DNA from: Candidatus Gottesmanbacteria bacterium
GTDB taxonomy: Bacteria; Patescibacteriota; Microgenomatia; UBA10105; UBA927
Length of the DNA: 64,000 bases
Direction of reading: 5' to 3'
Assembly: GCA_963711735.1 (NCBI GenBank)
Contig: CAVQFA010000003.1
Span: 470,966 to 534,965, forward strand
The translations under genes were made by a program, and so were the position numbers. Of this stretch, positions 1 to 8,900 are shown one piece after another. How positions within the stretch are numbered: the stretch's first letter is position 1; every line of letters begins with the position of its first letter. The notes below the pieces were generated by a model. It had not been told where the DNA came from, searched no databases, and saw only the letters and a list, made by a program, of their open reading frames with translations.

Positions 1-606
1 GGAATTTTTGATACGTCCGATGAGGTGAGAGTGAAGGATAAGGATTTATCCAATGTGGTTTCAGGGGTAAAAACCGCTATATACGACGCAGTCGTGAAAG
101 AAGGGTATTTCCAGAAAAATCCGGAAACAGTGAGGACTCTCTATACCATTCTTGCCGTGTTCGGATTTATGACGGGCAATATGCTACTTGCCATAACCGC
201 ATTTATCTTCGGACGGGCAATGCCGAGAAAAACTCTCCCTGGTGTGGAAGTCTCCAATATCGCTAAGTCACTCAAAAATTTTCTTGTAAGCCAGGAGCAC
301 CGGCTTGCGTATGAGGCGAGAAACCAGATTTTCTTTGAAAAGTTTTTACCGTATGCAGTTGCATTCGGTGTGGAAAAAATATGGGCAGAGAGATTCAAAG
401 ATATTGCGATGACCCAGCCGGGATGGTATGAAGGACAAAATACCCGCATGTTTAACAGTGTTGTTTTTGCATCAGCTCTCAACTCGTCACTGACAAGTTT
501 TTCCCATGCCGCAACACCGACAAGGTCAACATCCGGGTATTCGTCAGGATTTTCCGGGGGATTCTCAGGCGGAGGCGGCGGAGGAGGGGGCGGAGGGAGT
601 TGGTGA
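1..606 (+). CDS. 5'-truncated membrane protein, DUF2207-like C-terminal region with poly-Gly ...GGGGGGGGGGSW tail
   Basis: The ORF is open from base 1 with no upstream stop. It has hydrophobic segments and a C-terminal Gly run ending in SW, typical of DUF2207-family predicted membrane proteins. Confidence 0.5.
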   Translation, partial: GIFDTSDEVRVKDKDLSNVVSGVKTAIYDAVVKEGYFQKNPETVRTLYTILAVFGFMTGNMLLAITAFIFGRAMPRKTLPGVEVSNIAKSLKNFLVSQEHRLAYEARNQIFFEKFLPYAVAFGVEKIWAERFKDIAMTQPGWYEGQNTRMFNSVVFASALNSSLTSFSHAATPTRSTSGYSSGFSGGFSGGGGGGGGGGSW

Positions 607-755
607 AACCCTTTTTTAAAAGGAGCGGAACCCTCCGGCGCGTATACGTGTTTGGATGATACACATATCACTATCTGTTGATAGTAGAGAATAGATGAGT
701 AAATATTTTCGTTTTACGAAGGAGGGTAACATTAGATTTATAGAAAGGAGCACAT

Positions 756-992
756 ATGCCGAGAATAGTAATAAAAACAGCAAAAGGACCAAAGGTACTT
801 GCACCACAGAAAGACATCTATGAAATATGCATGTGCGGACTATCCGAAAACCAACCGTTTTGCGATAAATCCCATAGAAAAACGCTGGATGAAAAAGAGA
901 ATATTCTCTACACGTATGACAAAGAAGGTAACCGTACGGAGTGTGAATCATGTGAAGGCGAATGTTGCGGATGCTGCCATGATTCAAAGTAG
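756..992 (+). CDS. CDGSH-type iron-sulfur domain protein with extra C-terminal Cys-rich tail
   Basis: Strong SD (AAGGAG) 8 nt upstream. Motif C-M-C-x2-S-x3-P-x-C-D-K-S-H matches the CDGSH 3Cys-1His signature. C-terminal CESCEGECCGCCH cluster. Confidence 0.7.
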   Translation: MPRIVIKTAKGPKVLAPQKDIYEICMCGLSENQPFCDKSHRKTLDEKENILYTYDKEGNRTECESCEGECCGCCHDSK

Positions 993-1009
993 AGTGTAAT
1001 TATTTCCAT

Positions 1010-1444
1010 ATGCATAAAAGTGAAATCGGTCTGAGGATATTCATTCCTCTCATACTTGCAGGATTTTTTTTTACCTGGCTTTTTGTTCCTATTAAAGGAA
1101 TTCCGAGGCCTAATATCGGAAAATATACGATTGTTTCACCCTGTGCAAAACCGCGTACGTACTCCGTTGCCTCCGTTGATCCCAAATACGGCATGACGAG
1201 AGAGGAAGTTGTTACGCTGGTGAGTGAGGCTGCCTCAGTTTGGAATGCAGCATCCGGATGGCAGATATTTTCATACAGTACAAATGGTGATATACCCGTT
1301 ACATTATCCTATGACGAACGTCAGGCTCTCGCTGACAGGATACAGAATATGGAGGGTAATTTAAATACCAGAAAGTCTACACTAGACCAGAAATCTCAGA
1401 ATTTTGAACGGGATGCGGCGCAGTTTAAAAAGAAATGTAGCTGA
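1010..1444 (+). CDS. N-terminal part (signal anchor plus coiled coil) of metzincin-like protease; frame breaks at an A-run near 1427-1440
   Basis: N-terminal hydrophobic segment. A coiled-coil-like region continues without a sequence break into the next ORF in another frame. Confidence 0.45.
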   Translation: MHKSEIGLRIFIPLILAGFFFTWLFVPIKGIPRPNIGKYTIVSPCAKPRTYSVASVDPKYGMTREEVVTLVSEAASVWNAASGWQIFSYSTNGDIPVTLSYDERQALADRIQNMEGNLNTRKSTLDQKSQNFERDAAQFKKKCS

Positions 1445-2027
1445 TCTGAATAACACGATAGAGTATTGGAATACTCACGGGGGAGCACCCCAGGATGAAT
1501 TTAATAAGATAGTTGAAACGCAAAACCAACTCAGGACAGAAGCAGCGCGTTTAAACGGAATTGCCGCGGAGCTTAACATGTCCGCGCAAATGTTTAACGC
1601 TGACGTCAAAAGTCTCAACAATACCATCACAGAGTTCAATACTGAGATCCGTGGCCGTCCGGAAATGGGGGTATACGACCACGGTGATAATACAATCACG
1701 ATTTTTTTCTATACGACCAAGGATGAGCTTGTCCATACACTCTCGCATGAATTCGGACATGCCCTAAATTTCGAACATACGGACGATTCTGCGTCAATCA
1801 TGTACCCGTATACGACATCCGTGAAGACGTTATCATATGCCGATATCCAGACAGTGAAAGAATACTGCCGTCCTAAAAGCGTGTTTGAGATATTTCAGCA
1901 ACATGTATTGGATACATACCAAATTCTGACCTCCCGGGAGTTTAAAGCAAGGTTTATGGATGTTTTTAAAAAAATCCCGGATGTACTCAGTGGTAAAATT
2001 TCTCCAAGTCAGCTTTTAGCTGAATAA
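1404..2027 (+). CDS. Zinc metalloprotease catalytic domain, metzincin/matrixin-like (HEFGHALNFEH ... SIMYP Met-turn)
   Basis: HExxHxxxxxH zinc-binding motif plus a downstream SxMxP Met-turn. Overlaps the upstream ORF in a different frame, so probably a single gene with a frameshift or sequencing error. Confidence 0.6.
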   Translation: MNGMRRSLKRNVADLNNTIEYWNTHGGAPQDEFNKIVETQNQLRTEAARLNGIAAELNMSAQMFNADVKSLNNTITEFNTEIRGRPEMGVYDHGDNTITIFFYTTKDELVHTLSHEFGHALNFEHTDDSASIMYPYTTSVKTLSYADIQTVKEYCRPKSVFEIFQQHVLDTYQILTSREFKARFMDVFKKIPDVLSGKISPSQLLAE

Positions 2028-2044
2028 TAGTAAAAATATTAGGA

Positions 2045-2551
2045 TTAAGGTCCTGTTGCAACACCGCTTACTTTCCATACATCGTTTATTTTTTCGACAG
2101 TGATCCACCGCGTATTTTCTCCTTCATCCCAAAGTATGTTTGCCGTGGGTTTCAGTGACGCATGTAATACAACTTTATAAATTTCCTTCATATCTGTCCA
2201 GGAAGATTGATCATACGCGTCAATTGTAGTTAGGGATAAAGAACTGAATGCATTAAACGTGACACCCCATGCCTGTTTGGAAGTCTCATCAGGTGCAGCG
2301 GTAGGCGATAACATGGAGACAGCCTCCGGTGTGTGTTTTTCATTGATAAGTGCAATAAATACGCGAATGATATCTATTCCGGTCGGAAGAGGTACTCCGT
2401 TATTGGTTTGAATCTCCGGTTGGAGAAACATCCTGAGTAGGAGCGTTATTCTGGGGCAATGCGTGAGTTTCGTTGACCGTGAAGTATATATGGGATATCC
2501 GATAATTCCGATGACAACAATGACGCAAAAACCTATGATATATTTGATCAT
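2045..2551 (-). CDS. hypothetical protein with N-terminal transmembrane anchor
   Basis: 168-aa ORF with an N-terminal hydrophobic helix. No recognisable motif. Confidence 0.4.
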   Translation of the reverse strand: MIKYIIGFCVIVVIGIIGYPIYTSRSTKLTHCPRITLLLRMFLQPEIQTNNGVPLPTGIDIIRVFIALINEKHTPEAVSMLSPTAAPDETSKQAWGVTFNAFSSLSLTTIDAYDQSSWTDMKEIYKVVLHASLKPTANILWDEGENTRWITVEKINDVWKVSGVATGP

Positions 2552-2782
2552 ACTGTTTCTTGTGAATACTCCACCAATATGATATCATACGAATATTCAT
2601 TTACAAGTTTAAAGCAATATATCTGCTTAAAATAATTGGTTCGTCCCGGTGGCGGGATATGAGGTTGCCTCTTTGTTCTATCCGATTTCCCCACACATAC
2701 GATACTTATGTTTTCCCTTTTTAGCAGTTTTATTCCTTTAACATGCAAAAATCTTATACGGAAAGGAGGGGAAATATAAATT

Positions 2783-3157
2783 ATGGCTAAACGTTTATTC
2801 GTCGGGAGTCTCCCGTACGACACAACAAACAATCAACTGGAAGAATTATTCGGTCAAGTTGGACAGGTCGAATCTGTAAATTTGGTTACTGACAGGTATA
2901 CCGGTCAGGGAAAAGGATTTGCATTCGTCGAAATGGTCAACGAAGCTGATGCACAGGCAGCGATCCAAAAACTCAATGGTTACGCAATGGGTGGAAGGAC
3001 TATCGTTGTCAACGAAGCACGTCCGCGCGAAGATCGTCCTAACAGGGGCGGTGGAGGTGGCGGAGGTGATTTCAGAGGCGGAAGAGGCGGTGGAGGTGAT
3101 TTCAGAGGCGGAGGTGGAGGTGGCAGAGGCGGTTTTGACAGAGGAAAGCGCTGGTAA
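2783..3157 (+). CDS. RRM-type RNA-binding protein with Gly/Arg-rich (RGG) C-terminus
   Basis: RNP-2 (LFVGSLP) and RNP-1 (KGFAFVEM) motifs. C-terminal GGGGGGDFRGGRGG repeats. SD AAGGAGGGG upstream. Confidence 0.85.
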   Translation: MAKRLFVGSLPYDTTNNQLEELFGQVGQVESVNLVTDRYTGQGKGFAFVEMVNEADAQAAIQKLNGYAMGGRTIVVNEARPREDRPNRGGGGGGGDFRGGRGGGGDFRGGGGGGRGGFDRGKRW

Positions 3158-3186
3158 ACACACACAACAATTTTCCAAAAAAAATT

Positions 3187-3220
3187 AAAACCCCGATGGC
3201 ATGTACGGGGTTTTATTTTT
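3187..3220. terminator. Rho-independent terminator hairpin (CCCCG...CGGGG) followed by a T-tract, between the convergent genes at 2783-3157(+) and 3249-4301(-)
   Basis: GC stem followed by TTTTATTTTT, with an A-tract on the other side, so it can act in both directions. Confidence 0.6.
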
Positions 3221-3248
3221 GGATAAGAAACGAGTTTCAATTTCCGAC

Positions 3249-4301
3249 TTAGTTTCGAAATTGCCAGAGGACATGGTAGTCATTGCTGCAGGGAGGACCT
3301 ATGGCTATCTCAATTGTTCCTGTTCCCATATCGATTACAGTTGAAAATGTAGTGTGCTGTCTATGATCTTTTCCGTCGTGTTTACAGATGGTCATTTCTG
3401 ACGGAATATTCTCAGGTCCGTGATCCCGGAGTATTTTTTTCAGTTGGGGAACGATGGGTTGTTCAGGTACTAAACTGTCGAGTAATATCTGAGCTCGTAT
3501 TAAACGGCCTGTAGAATCACCATCATCCGGTTCTTTATCATATGGTGTCATTTCTTCAGTGTAATGATTTGTGTGAACAATATGTCCGTATTCATCCGGT
3601 TTGACAATGCGATGATTTGTTGCAGATCCCTCGAAACAAACTACATGGTGATAGTCAGCTATTATATTGTTATATGATGAGGCGCGTTCCGGATGGTTTG
3701 CGATAGTCAGAGCCTCCGTTAGATCTTTTGCATCAAGAATTGCTAGCGCAATAATCCATCGTGGTATTCCTTCATCTCTACAGTCATTTTGGGATAACTC
3801 GTTTCCGGAAAGAGCTATCACGTCTCCGTTTGACTTTTTTGTCACGCCGACACTCATAAACGGACCTAAGCCGATTTCCAGAGTGCTGCCCCTATAGGTG
3901 TTCCACGTAACTACTGACACGAATGGAAGAAGTTCCGAACCGGCATCATTATTGTGGGCAATAATGGGATATGGGTTTGTGACAACCAAGTCGGTGCATT
4001 TCTTTATTTCAAAAGTATCATATGTCTCTTCGGAGGCTAAAGCGAAAATATCTTCAAACAGGAGACCTGATCCGGATGCTATTCCTCTCAGCTGATCAAT
4101 GATATGCGGAAAATGCTGTACAGATGCGGGAAGAAACTTCTGCGCGTGATTACGGACAACCTCCCATGGAGTATTAACAGTTAACTCTTTTTGCACCATC
4201 GCTAAAAAATTGTGAAGCATTTCCTGATAGTGTTTTCCTACCTTCAAACCACATTCAAGATCTGACCCTTGTGCGAAAAATGTTTCGATTGAATTACTCA
4301 T
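3249..4301 (-). CDS. hypothetical Ntn-hydrolase-like protein (possible C45 / acyl-CoA:6-APA acyltransferase-like family)
   Basis: 350-aa ORF. The overall composition and a Cys-containing segment (KKCTDLVV) resemble self-processing Ntn hydrolases. The assignment is tentative. Confidence 0.35.
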   Translation of the reverse strand: MSNSIETFFAQGSDLECGLKVGKHYQEMLHNFLAMVQKELTVNTPWEVVRNHAQKFLPASVQHFPHIIDQLRGIASGSGLLFEDIFALASEETYDTFEIKKCTDLVVTNPYPIIAHNNDAGSELLPFVSVVTWNTYRGSTLEIGLGPFMSVGVTKKSNGDVIALSGNELSQNDCRDEGIPRWIIALAILDAKDLTEALTIANHPERASSYNNIIADYHHVVCFEGSATNHRIVKPDEYGHIVHTNHYTEEMTPYDKEPDDGDSTGRLIRAQILLDSLVPEQPIVPQLKKILRDHGPENIPSEMTICKHDGKDHRQHTTFSTVIDMGTGTIEIAIGPPCSNDYHVLWQFRN

Positions 4302-4470
4302 ATAATTTATTTGAATAGTGGGTTTTATTTTTATTGGCAGGAAGATGAAAGGTTGTCTATACTGGTAAAGAAGAAATTGAACATGAATACATATGATTTA
4401 TGGATAATATAAAAACAATATTTCGGTTTGTCAATAAATGCAGGAGTGATTTGATTTTCAATAGTATAAT

Positions 4471-4806
4471 ATGATCTGTATGAATACGTCACCTGAAGCA
4501 GAAGAACAACACGAATCGCGTTATCTGGATTTTTTGAAAGACTGTCTTGACGGAAATCTGTGGGAGAATTTAACATTCGAACAATGGAATAGAATAAAGT
4601 ATAGAGAGTCATTGCTGTCTGAATACAACGATTATTGTCTGCAAAATTTAATAAATGCAAATGGGGATATTAAAGAGCTTCAGCTTCACGATGGAAATTT
4701 TTATGATTGGATGGCAGAAGTGAAAGGAATCGCACTAACATCAGATGAAGAAGAAATGAGAATTTACACATCGCAACCGGAACAAACGGAATCACCTATA
4801 GAATAG
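4471..4806 (+). CDS. hypothetical acidic protein
   Basis: 111-aa ORF preceded by a TATAAT-like box. Competes with an antisense ORF at 4331-4660. Confidence 0.3.
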   Translation: MICMNTSPEAEEQHESRYLDFLKDCLDGNLWENLTFEQWNRIKYRESLLSEYNDYCLQNLINANGDIKELQLHDGNFYDWMAEVKGIALTSDEEEMRIYTSQPEQTESPIE

Positions 4807-4866
4807 CGTACCGGAACGATAACAGAAACCAATAGAATCACTGCAATAAATGAAACAGGCCGGAAG

Positions 4867-5220
4867 TTAGAGAATTTCTTTAATGGCACTCGCGGGATAA
4901 CAGGATTCTCTTTTTCGCTGGATCTCGGTTTCCCAAAACAATTGTTCCTCAGGGGAAACATCGTCGATAGAAATCGCCTTCAGACCATATTGTTCAAACG
5001 CAGCATCATTAGGCATGCCGTACGGATATATATTCGCGATAATCATGGCCATATCTAAATGTTCTCTCACGCGGTTGGCATCGGATATTACGATAAGTTT
5101 TATTGGTTCGTCTTTCAGATCCGGGGGTGAAACCATTACGTTAACTACTAAACCCGGACGATAGTCAATTGGTTTAGCGTTACGGTCGGTGTAAAGAGCG
5201 AACGATGTATCTTTTAGCAT
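4867..5220 (-). CDS. hypothetical protein
   Basis: 117-aa ORF with no motif. Confidence 0.4.
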   Translation of the reverse strand: MLKDTSFALYTDRNAKPIDYRPGLVVNVMVSPPDLKDEPIKLIVISDANRVREHLDMAMIIANIYPYGMPNDAAFEQYGLKAISIDDVSPEEQLFWETEIQRKRESCYPASAIKEIL

Positions 5221-5373
5221 AATTTATCTCGTATTGTACTTTTATAATGATAAATGTCAATGTTTTGGGCGTTAAAACAACGGAATTACACATGTTGGGA
5301 AAATATTAAAACGTTTTTACTTCGATAGTAAACTGGTATAATTGGATTTATTCATTAAATTTATCTCAACAAT

Positions 5374-6027
5374 ATGATAAAACTAGCAATTATAGATTTC
5401 GATGACACATTGTGCATGACTGAGGAGGCGTGTTTTCATCTTGAAAATGATGCAGCTTCGAAATTAGGATTTCCACCGATGGGCAGGGATGTGCATAAAA
5501 AAAGTTGGGGTCAACCTGTAGAAATTGCCATTCTTGAGAGAATTCCCGGAATTGACCCGGAAAAATTCATGTCAAAACTAACGGCACTAATGCCCAAGTT
5601 AATTCAGGAAGGTAAATTGGATGTAATAACCTCACAAAATCTTTCAGCACTTGATGCTTTGAAAAAAAACGGAATGCACCTGGCACTATTAACGACTCGT
5701 ACTTTTAATGAAGTTAAACATTTAATAAACAGAAGCCATCCTTTATCAACCAGGATTGAAGCGTTCTATTATAAAGAAAATTCGGTGTTCAGGAAGCCGG
5801 ACCCGAGGGTGTTCACGGAGATTCTGGAAAAATTTAACATAAAACCCCGGGAGGCTGTATATGTCGGTGATAACGTCAGTGATGCGGAGTGCGCAAAGTC
5901 AGCCGGATTGTTTTTTATAGCTTCACTTGAAAGCGGACTGAAGACTAAAAAAGATTTTGGAAAAATAGATTACTTTATTGATAAGTTTTCAGATCTCCCA
6001 AAAGCCCTAGATTTTCTCAATAAGTAA
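5374..6027 (+). CDS. HAD-superfamily hydrolase
   Basis: N-terminal DxDxT motif (IIDFDDTL) and C-terminal VGDNVSDAECAKSAG motif IV. Confidence 0.75.
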   Translation: MIKLAIIDFDDTLCMTEEACFHLENDAASKLGFPPMGRDVHKKSWGQPVEIAILERIPGIDPEKFMSKLTALMPKLIQEGKLDVITSQNLSALDALKKNGMHLALLTTRTFNEVKHLINRSHPLSTRIEAFYYKENSVFRKPDPRVFTEILEKFNIKPREAVYVGDNVSDAECAKSAGLFFIASLESGLKTKKDFGKIDYFIDKFSDLPKALDFLNK

Positions 6028-6081
6028 GTATACTTGTTGGGATGGTATTGGAACTTTTTATAGCTTCGTCATGGAGCGAAA

Positions 6082-6546
6082 TTATTTAGCACTTTTTTGA
6101 TGCATAGCTTTATCTATTAATACAACTTGATTACTTCTCAGCAGTGGCATTTTGTCTTGTGAAAAAAAACCATATGCAGACACTTCCTGACTTGGAGTAA
6201 ATTCGCCACCGATAAATAAACCGGTATAACACATGTCCAGTCGGGAGCCGTTACGATCAGTGCGGGTTTTCAGTGGTGCGTCGACGCTTACGACAAGGCC
6301 CGATTCTTCCTTTATTTCCCTTTCAAGTGCTTCTGCGGGGTGCTCGCCGGATTTTAAATAACCGCCCGGCAGACTCCAGGCGTGTTGCCTATATGTATGA
6401 TTAAAAAGTAATACTTCGTTTTTTTCATTAAAAATAACTCCTGTAACTCCGACTAAAAATTGATTCTGAAAAAGGCGCATAAAAAACAACTGTACACCTT
6501 TTGGTAGGTTTAATATTTTCCATATCTTAGCGAGTAGTGATTTCAC
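6082..6546 (-). CDS. NUDIX hydrolase
   Basis: Nudix box GGYLKSGEHPAEALEREIKEESGL. Confidence 0.8.
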   Translation of the reverse strand: MKSLLAKIWKILNLPKGVQLFFMRLFQNQFLVGVTGVIFNEKNEVLLFNHTYRQHAWSLPGGYLKSGEHPAEALEREIKEESGLVVSVDAPLKTRTDRNGSRLDMCYTGLFIGGEFTPSQEVSAYGFFSQDKMPLLRSNQVVLIDKAMHQKSAK

Positions 6547-6890
6547 AATGCGTTTTTATCTTGAGGTTCATTAGACTTGGAGTCATTTTTGAGTCTCTCG
6601 TTTTCTAACTCCAGCTGGTGAATTCGTTTGGTCAAATCAACAATATCGCTTTTCCCGTGTTTGATCGCTGAATCCTTCCTGTGCATGGAAAAGGCGGTAA
6701 AAATTGAATTGATAAGATATATACAGTACGCTAATCCCAGTCCCGTTAAAAGAGAACCGATGATGACATAAAAGAGCGGAATACCGGAGAGTACGGATGT
6801 TCCAAGGCGTAAAGTTACCAACATCGAGTTATTTTGTGCCAGATACGCCATGATAGCGCCGATAATTAATAAGAAAATAAGTATAGGCAT
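6543..6890 (-). CDS. small membrane protein, LapA/DUF1049-like (two TM helices plus coiled coil)
   Basis: Two N-terminal hydrophobic helices, then a coiled-coil tail. 4-nt overlap with the NUDIX gene. The ATG at 6890 is the likely start. Confidence 0.5.
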   Translation of the reverse strand: MPILIFLLIIGAIMAYLAQNNSMLVTLRLGTSVLSGIPLFYVIIGSLLTGLGLAYCIYLINSIFTAFSMHRKDSAIKHGKSDIVDLTKRIHQLELENERLKNDSKSNEPQDKNAL

Positions 6891-6971
6891 TTCATATAGT
6901 ATACACACTTATCAAAATATTTTCTCATAAAGTATGTTCCAACATCGTCCCCTCTGGGAGCATATTTAATA

Positions 6972-7040
6972 AATTTCTCAGTACCCCAAATGATTTCTCG
7001 TTGGAACAAGCTTTTAGCCTCAATACGAGCGTGGAAAGGA
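6972..7040 (+). repeat. Short member (copy A) of a tRNA-Glu-3'-end-seeded repeat family: ...tctcaGTACCCCaaatgatttctcGTTGGAACaagcttttagcctcaatacgagcgtgg
   Basis: About 88% identical to 8829-8900. Shares the GTACCCC and GTTGGAAC...agcctcaata words with the long copies at 11.85, 13.2 and 14.27 kb. An inverted GTTCCAAC lies about 50 bp upstream. Confidence 0.6.
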
Positions 7041-7204
7041 ATTTTAGAACCTAATCTTCTCCCAGCCTTGAAGTATGTTTACAAACGAGTATTAGAATTT
7101 TGTATATATTCACGACATTTCATTTATTATTATACATTTATAGTTTGAACTATTTTTCTTCTTCTGATTTATATGCTAATATTAAACTAAATGAAACTAA
7201 AAAT

Positions 7205-8779
7205 ATGAATAGAAACAAGTACAATAAGGAGTCGTTTATATTTTTTTTAACCTTCATTGTAATTTCAGTCTCCCTGTTTGCCACATTTTCTATTGTCAGA
7301 CGTATTCAGATAGGAGAAAGTGTTCTTCCTCAAAAATCAAAAGCCGCATCTCAAACTACTGAACATTGGTTTCACCCAAATTACCATTATAAGTTCAATC
7401 ATGACTTAGCTTCATCTGCTTGGGGAAGTTATTTCACAAATACATCACAAACCGGAAATATTTTGAATAATATTAATGTATATGGACTGTTTGTAGAGCA
7501 AATAGAGAAAAATGAAGGAAATTTCTTACAGCAACTTATACCTCTTCTTAAAAGTAAAAATATAAAAATTTCTACGGAAGGTGGTCCTGCAAAATGTAAA
7601 GATAATAAGCTCATTGATGGAGCACAATGGGCAGATTATTTTCTGAATACTCTTTTAAAACCACTTTATGATGCAGGAGGGACTGTTGACTATTTTTCTT
7701 TTAGTGGATTTCCTGCACACACAATAAGCAGAACATCAACACCTATATGTACTACTAATATTAATGAATCTCTACCTGAACTTGTCAAGTTCATGAAAAG
7801 GTTTCATGAAGTCCATCCGGAAACAAAATTCGGTCTTATTATAAATTTTCCTAATTATGGTTATGGAAATAACATATCATACTGGTCAAATAATGAACCT
7901 TGGGGAGATTATAAAAGTCATTTAGAAAAGATATTGACTGCTGTAGATAATGCAGGAGAAAAACTCTATTACGTTCATATTGATAATCCATACGATTATG
8001 CCATAGGAGAACGCCCCCATACAATCCAAGGTATCGATTGGATGCAAAGAATAGTCGATATAGAAAAACAAACAAAAATGCATGGATTACGGTTTGGTCT
8101 TATTGTTAATTCTGAACGTGGAGGAATAGGCTATGACAAAAACAGCGGAAACGATAAACAATTCTATGATGACTCGATGGCATTTCTTAAAGAGTATTAT
8201 GAAAAAGGAGGAAGACTCGATAGTGTTATAGTAGAAAGTTGGTATAACCATCCATCTGCATTATTTCCTGATTATACCCCTTATACAATGACCTACAATG
8301 CTCTTAAGGCTTATCAGTTATACGATTCATTAACAAACGGCGTTAAAACGGTCAACCGATTAAAAAATGAGTCCGGAATTACGTTTATTGTCATGAGTGC
8401 TACAGAACAGAAAAGTGCAATCGAGAAGTACGGATATAAATCGCCAACGCCTCTTTTCCGGGCATGGGAATCAAAGAACGATGCAAATCTACACCCTGTC
8501 TATAGATTATTTAAAGCAAATGAAGGGTATTTATATACCAATGGGGAAAAGGAAAAAAATAACGCAATTAGTATCTACGGGTACTCGTTAAATGGCGTTG
8601 CGTTTTACGCATATTCCCGAAAAATAAACGATTCAGTACCCGTTTATCGCTTACAGTTAACCAATTCTGACGGTGGTTCGAGATTTTTATATACTTTATC
8701 AGAAACCGAAAAAAATACGTTAATAAACAACGGTAATTATAAATTGAACGGAATAGCATTTTACGCACTCCCTCCGTAA
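7205..8779 (+). CDS. secreted/membrane-anchored protein with C-terminal tandem DUF5648-like repeats (PVYRL...G.YLYT... x2); extremely AT-rich
   Basis: Long ORF running 7100-8779, with the likely start at Met 7205 (MNRNKYNK...) followed by a TM/signal segment. Two C-terminal repeats match the YRLYNP..GDHFYT...G pattern of DUF5648. GC is far below the neighbouring genes. Confidence 0.55.
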   Translation: MNRNKYNKESFIFFLTFIVISVSLFATFSIVRRIQIGESVLPQKSKAASQTTEHWFHPNYHYKFNHDLASSAWGSYFTNTSQTGNILNNINVYGLFVEQIEKNEGNFLQQLIPLLKSKNIKISTEGGPAKCKDNKLIDGAQWADYFLNTLLKPLYDAGGTVDYFSFSGFPAHTISRTSTPICTTNINESLPELVKFMKRFHEVHPETKFGLIINFPNYGYGNNISYWSNNEPWGDYKSHLEKILTAVDNAGEKLYYVHIDNPYDYAIGERPHTIQGIDWMQRIVDIEKQTKMHGLRFGLIVNSERGGIGYDKNSGNDKQFYDDSMAFLKEYYEKGGRLDSVIVESWYNHPSALFPDYTPYTMTYNALKAYQLYDSLTNGVKTVNRLKNESGITFIVMSATEQKSAIEKYGYKSPTPLFRAWESKNDANLHPVYRLFKANEGYLYTNGEKEKNNAISIYGYSLNGVAFYAYSRKINDSVPVYRLQLTNSDGGSRFLYTLSETEKNTLINNGNYKLNGIAFYALPP

Positions 8780-8828
8780 ATTTTAGTGAGGATCGAAGAT
8801 CGTCAATCCGTTATAGTAATTTTAGTAG

Positions 8829-8900
8829 AAATTTCTGTACCCCAAATGATTTCTCGTTGGAACCAGATTTTATCTTCAATACGAGCGTGGGAAGAATACC
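8829..8900 (+). repeat. Short member (copy B) of the same repeat family, a direct repeat of 6972-7040 flanking the 7205-8779 gene
   Basis: gaaatttctGTACCCCaaatgatttctcGTTGGAACcagattttatcttcaatacgagcgtggg, about 88% identical to copy A. Confidence 0.6.

Noticed and set aside
141-671. 176-aa minus-strand ORF with a PPPPPPPPPPP run
   Set aside because: It is the reverse complement of the poly-Gly coding tract of the DUF2207-like gene, so it is an artefact of GGN/CCN symmetry.
616-987. 123-aa minus-strand ORF
   Set aside because: It is antisense to the CDGSH gene, which has a strong SD and a diagnostic motif.
2980-3240. 86-aa Pro-rich minus-strand ORF
   Set aside because: It is antisense to the RGG/Gly-rich tail of the RRM protein, so it is a shadow ORF.
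4331-4660. 109-aa minus-strand ORF
   Set aside because: It overlaps the plus-strand acidic ORF and a promoter-like AT-rich region, and its composition is low-complexity. It was kept only as an alternative to the weak 4471-4806 call.
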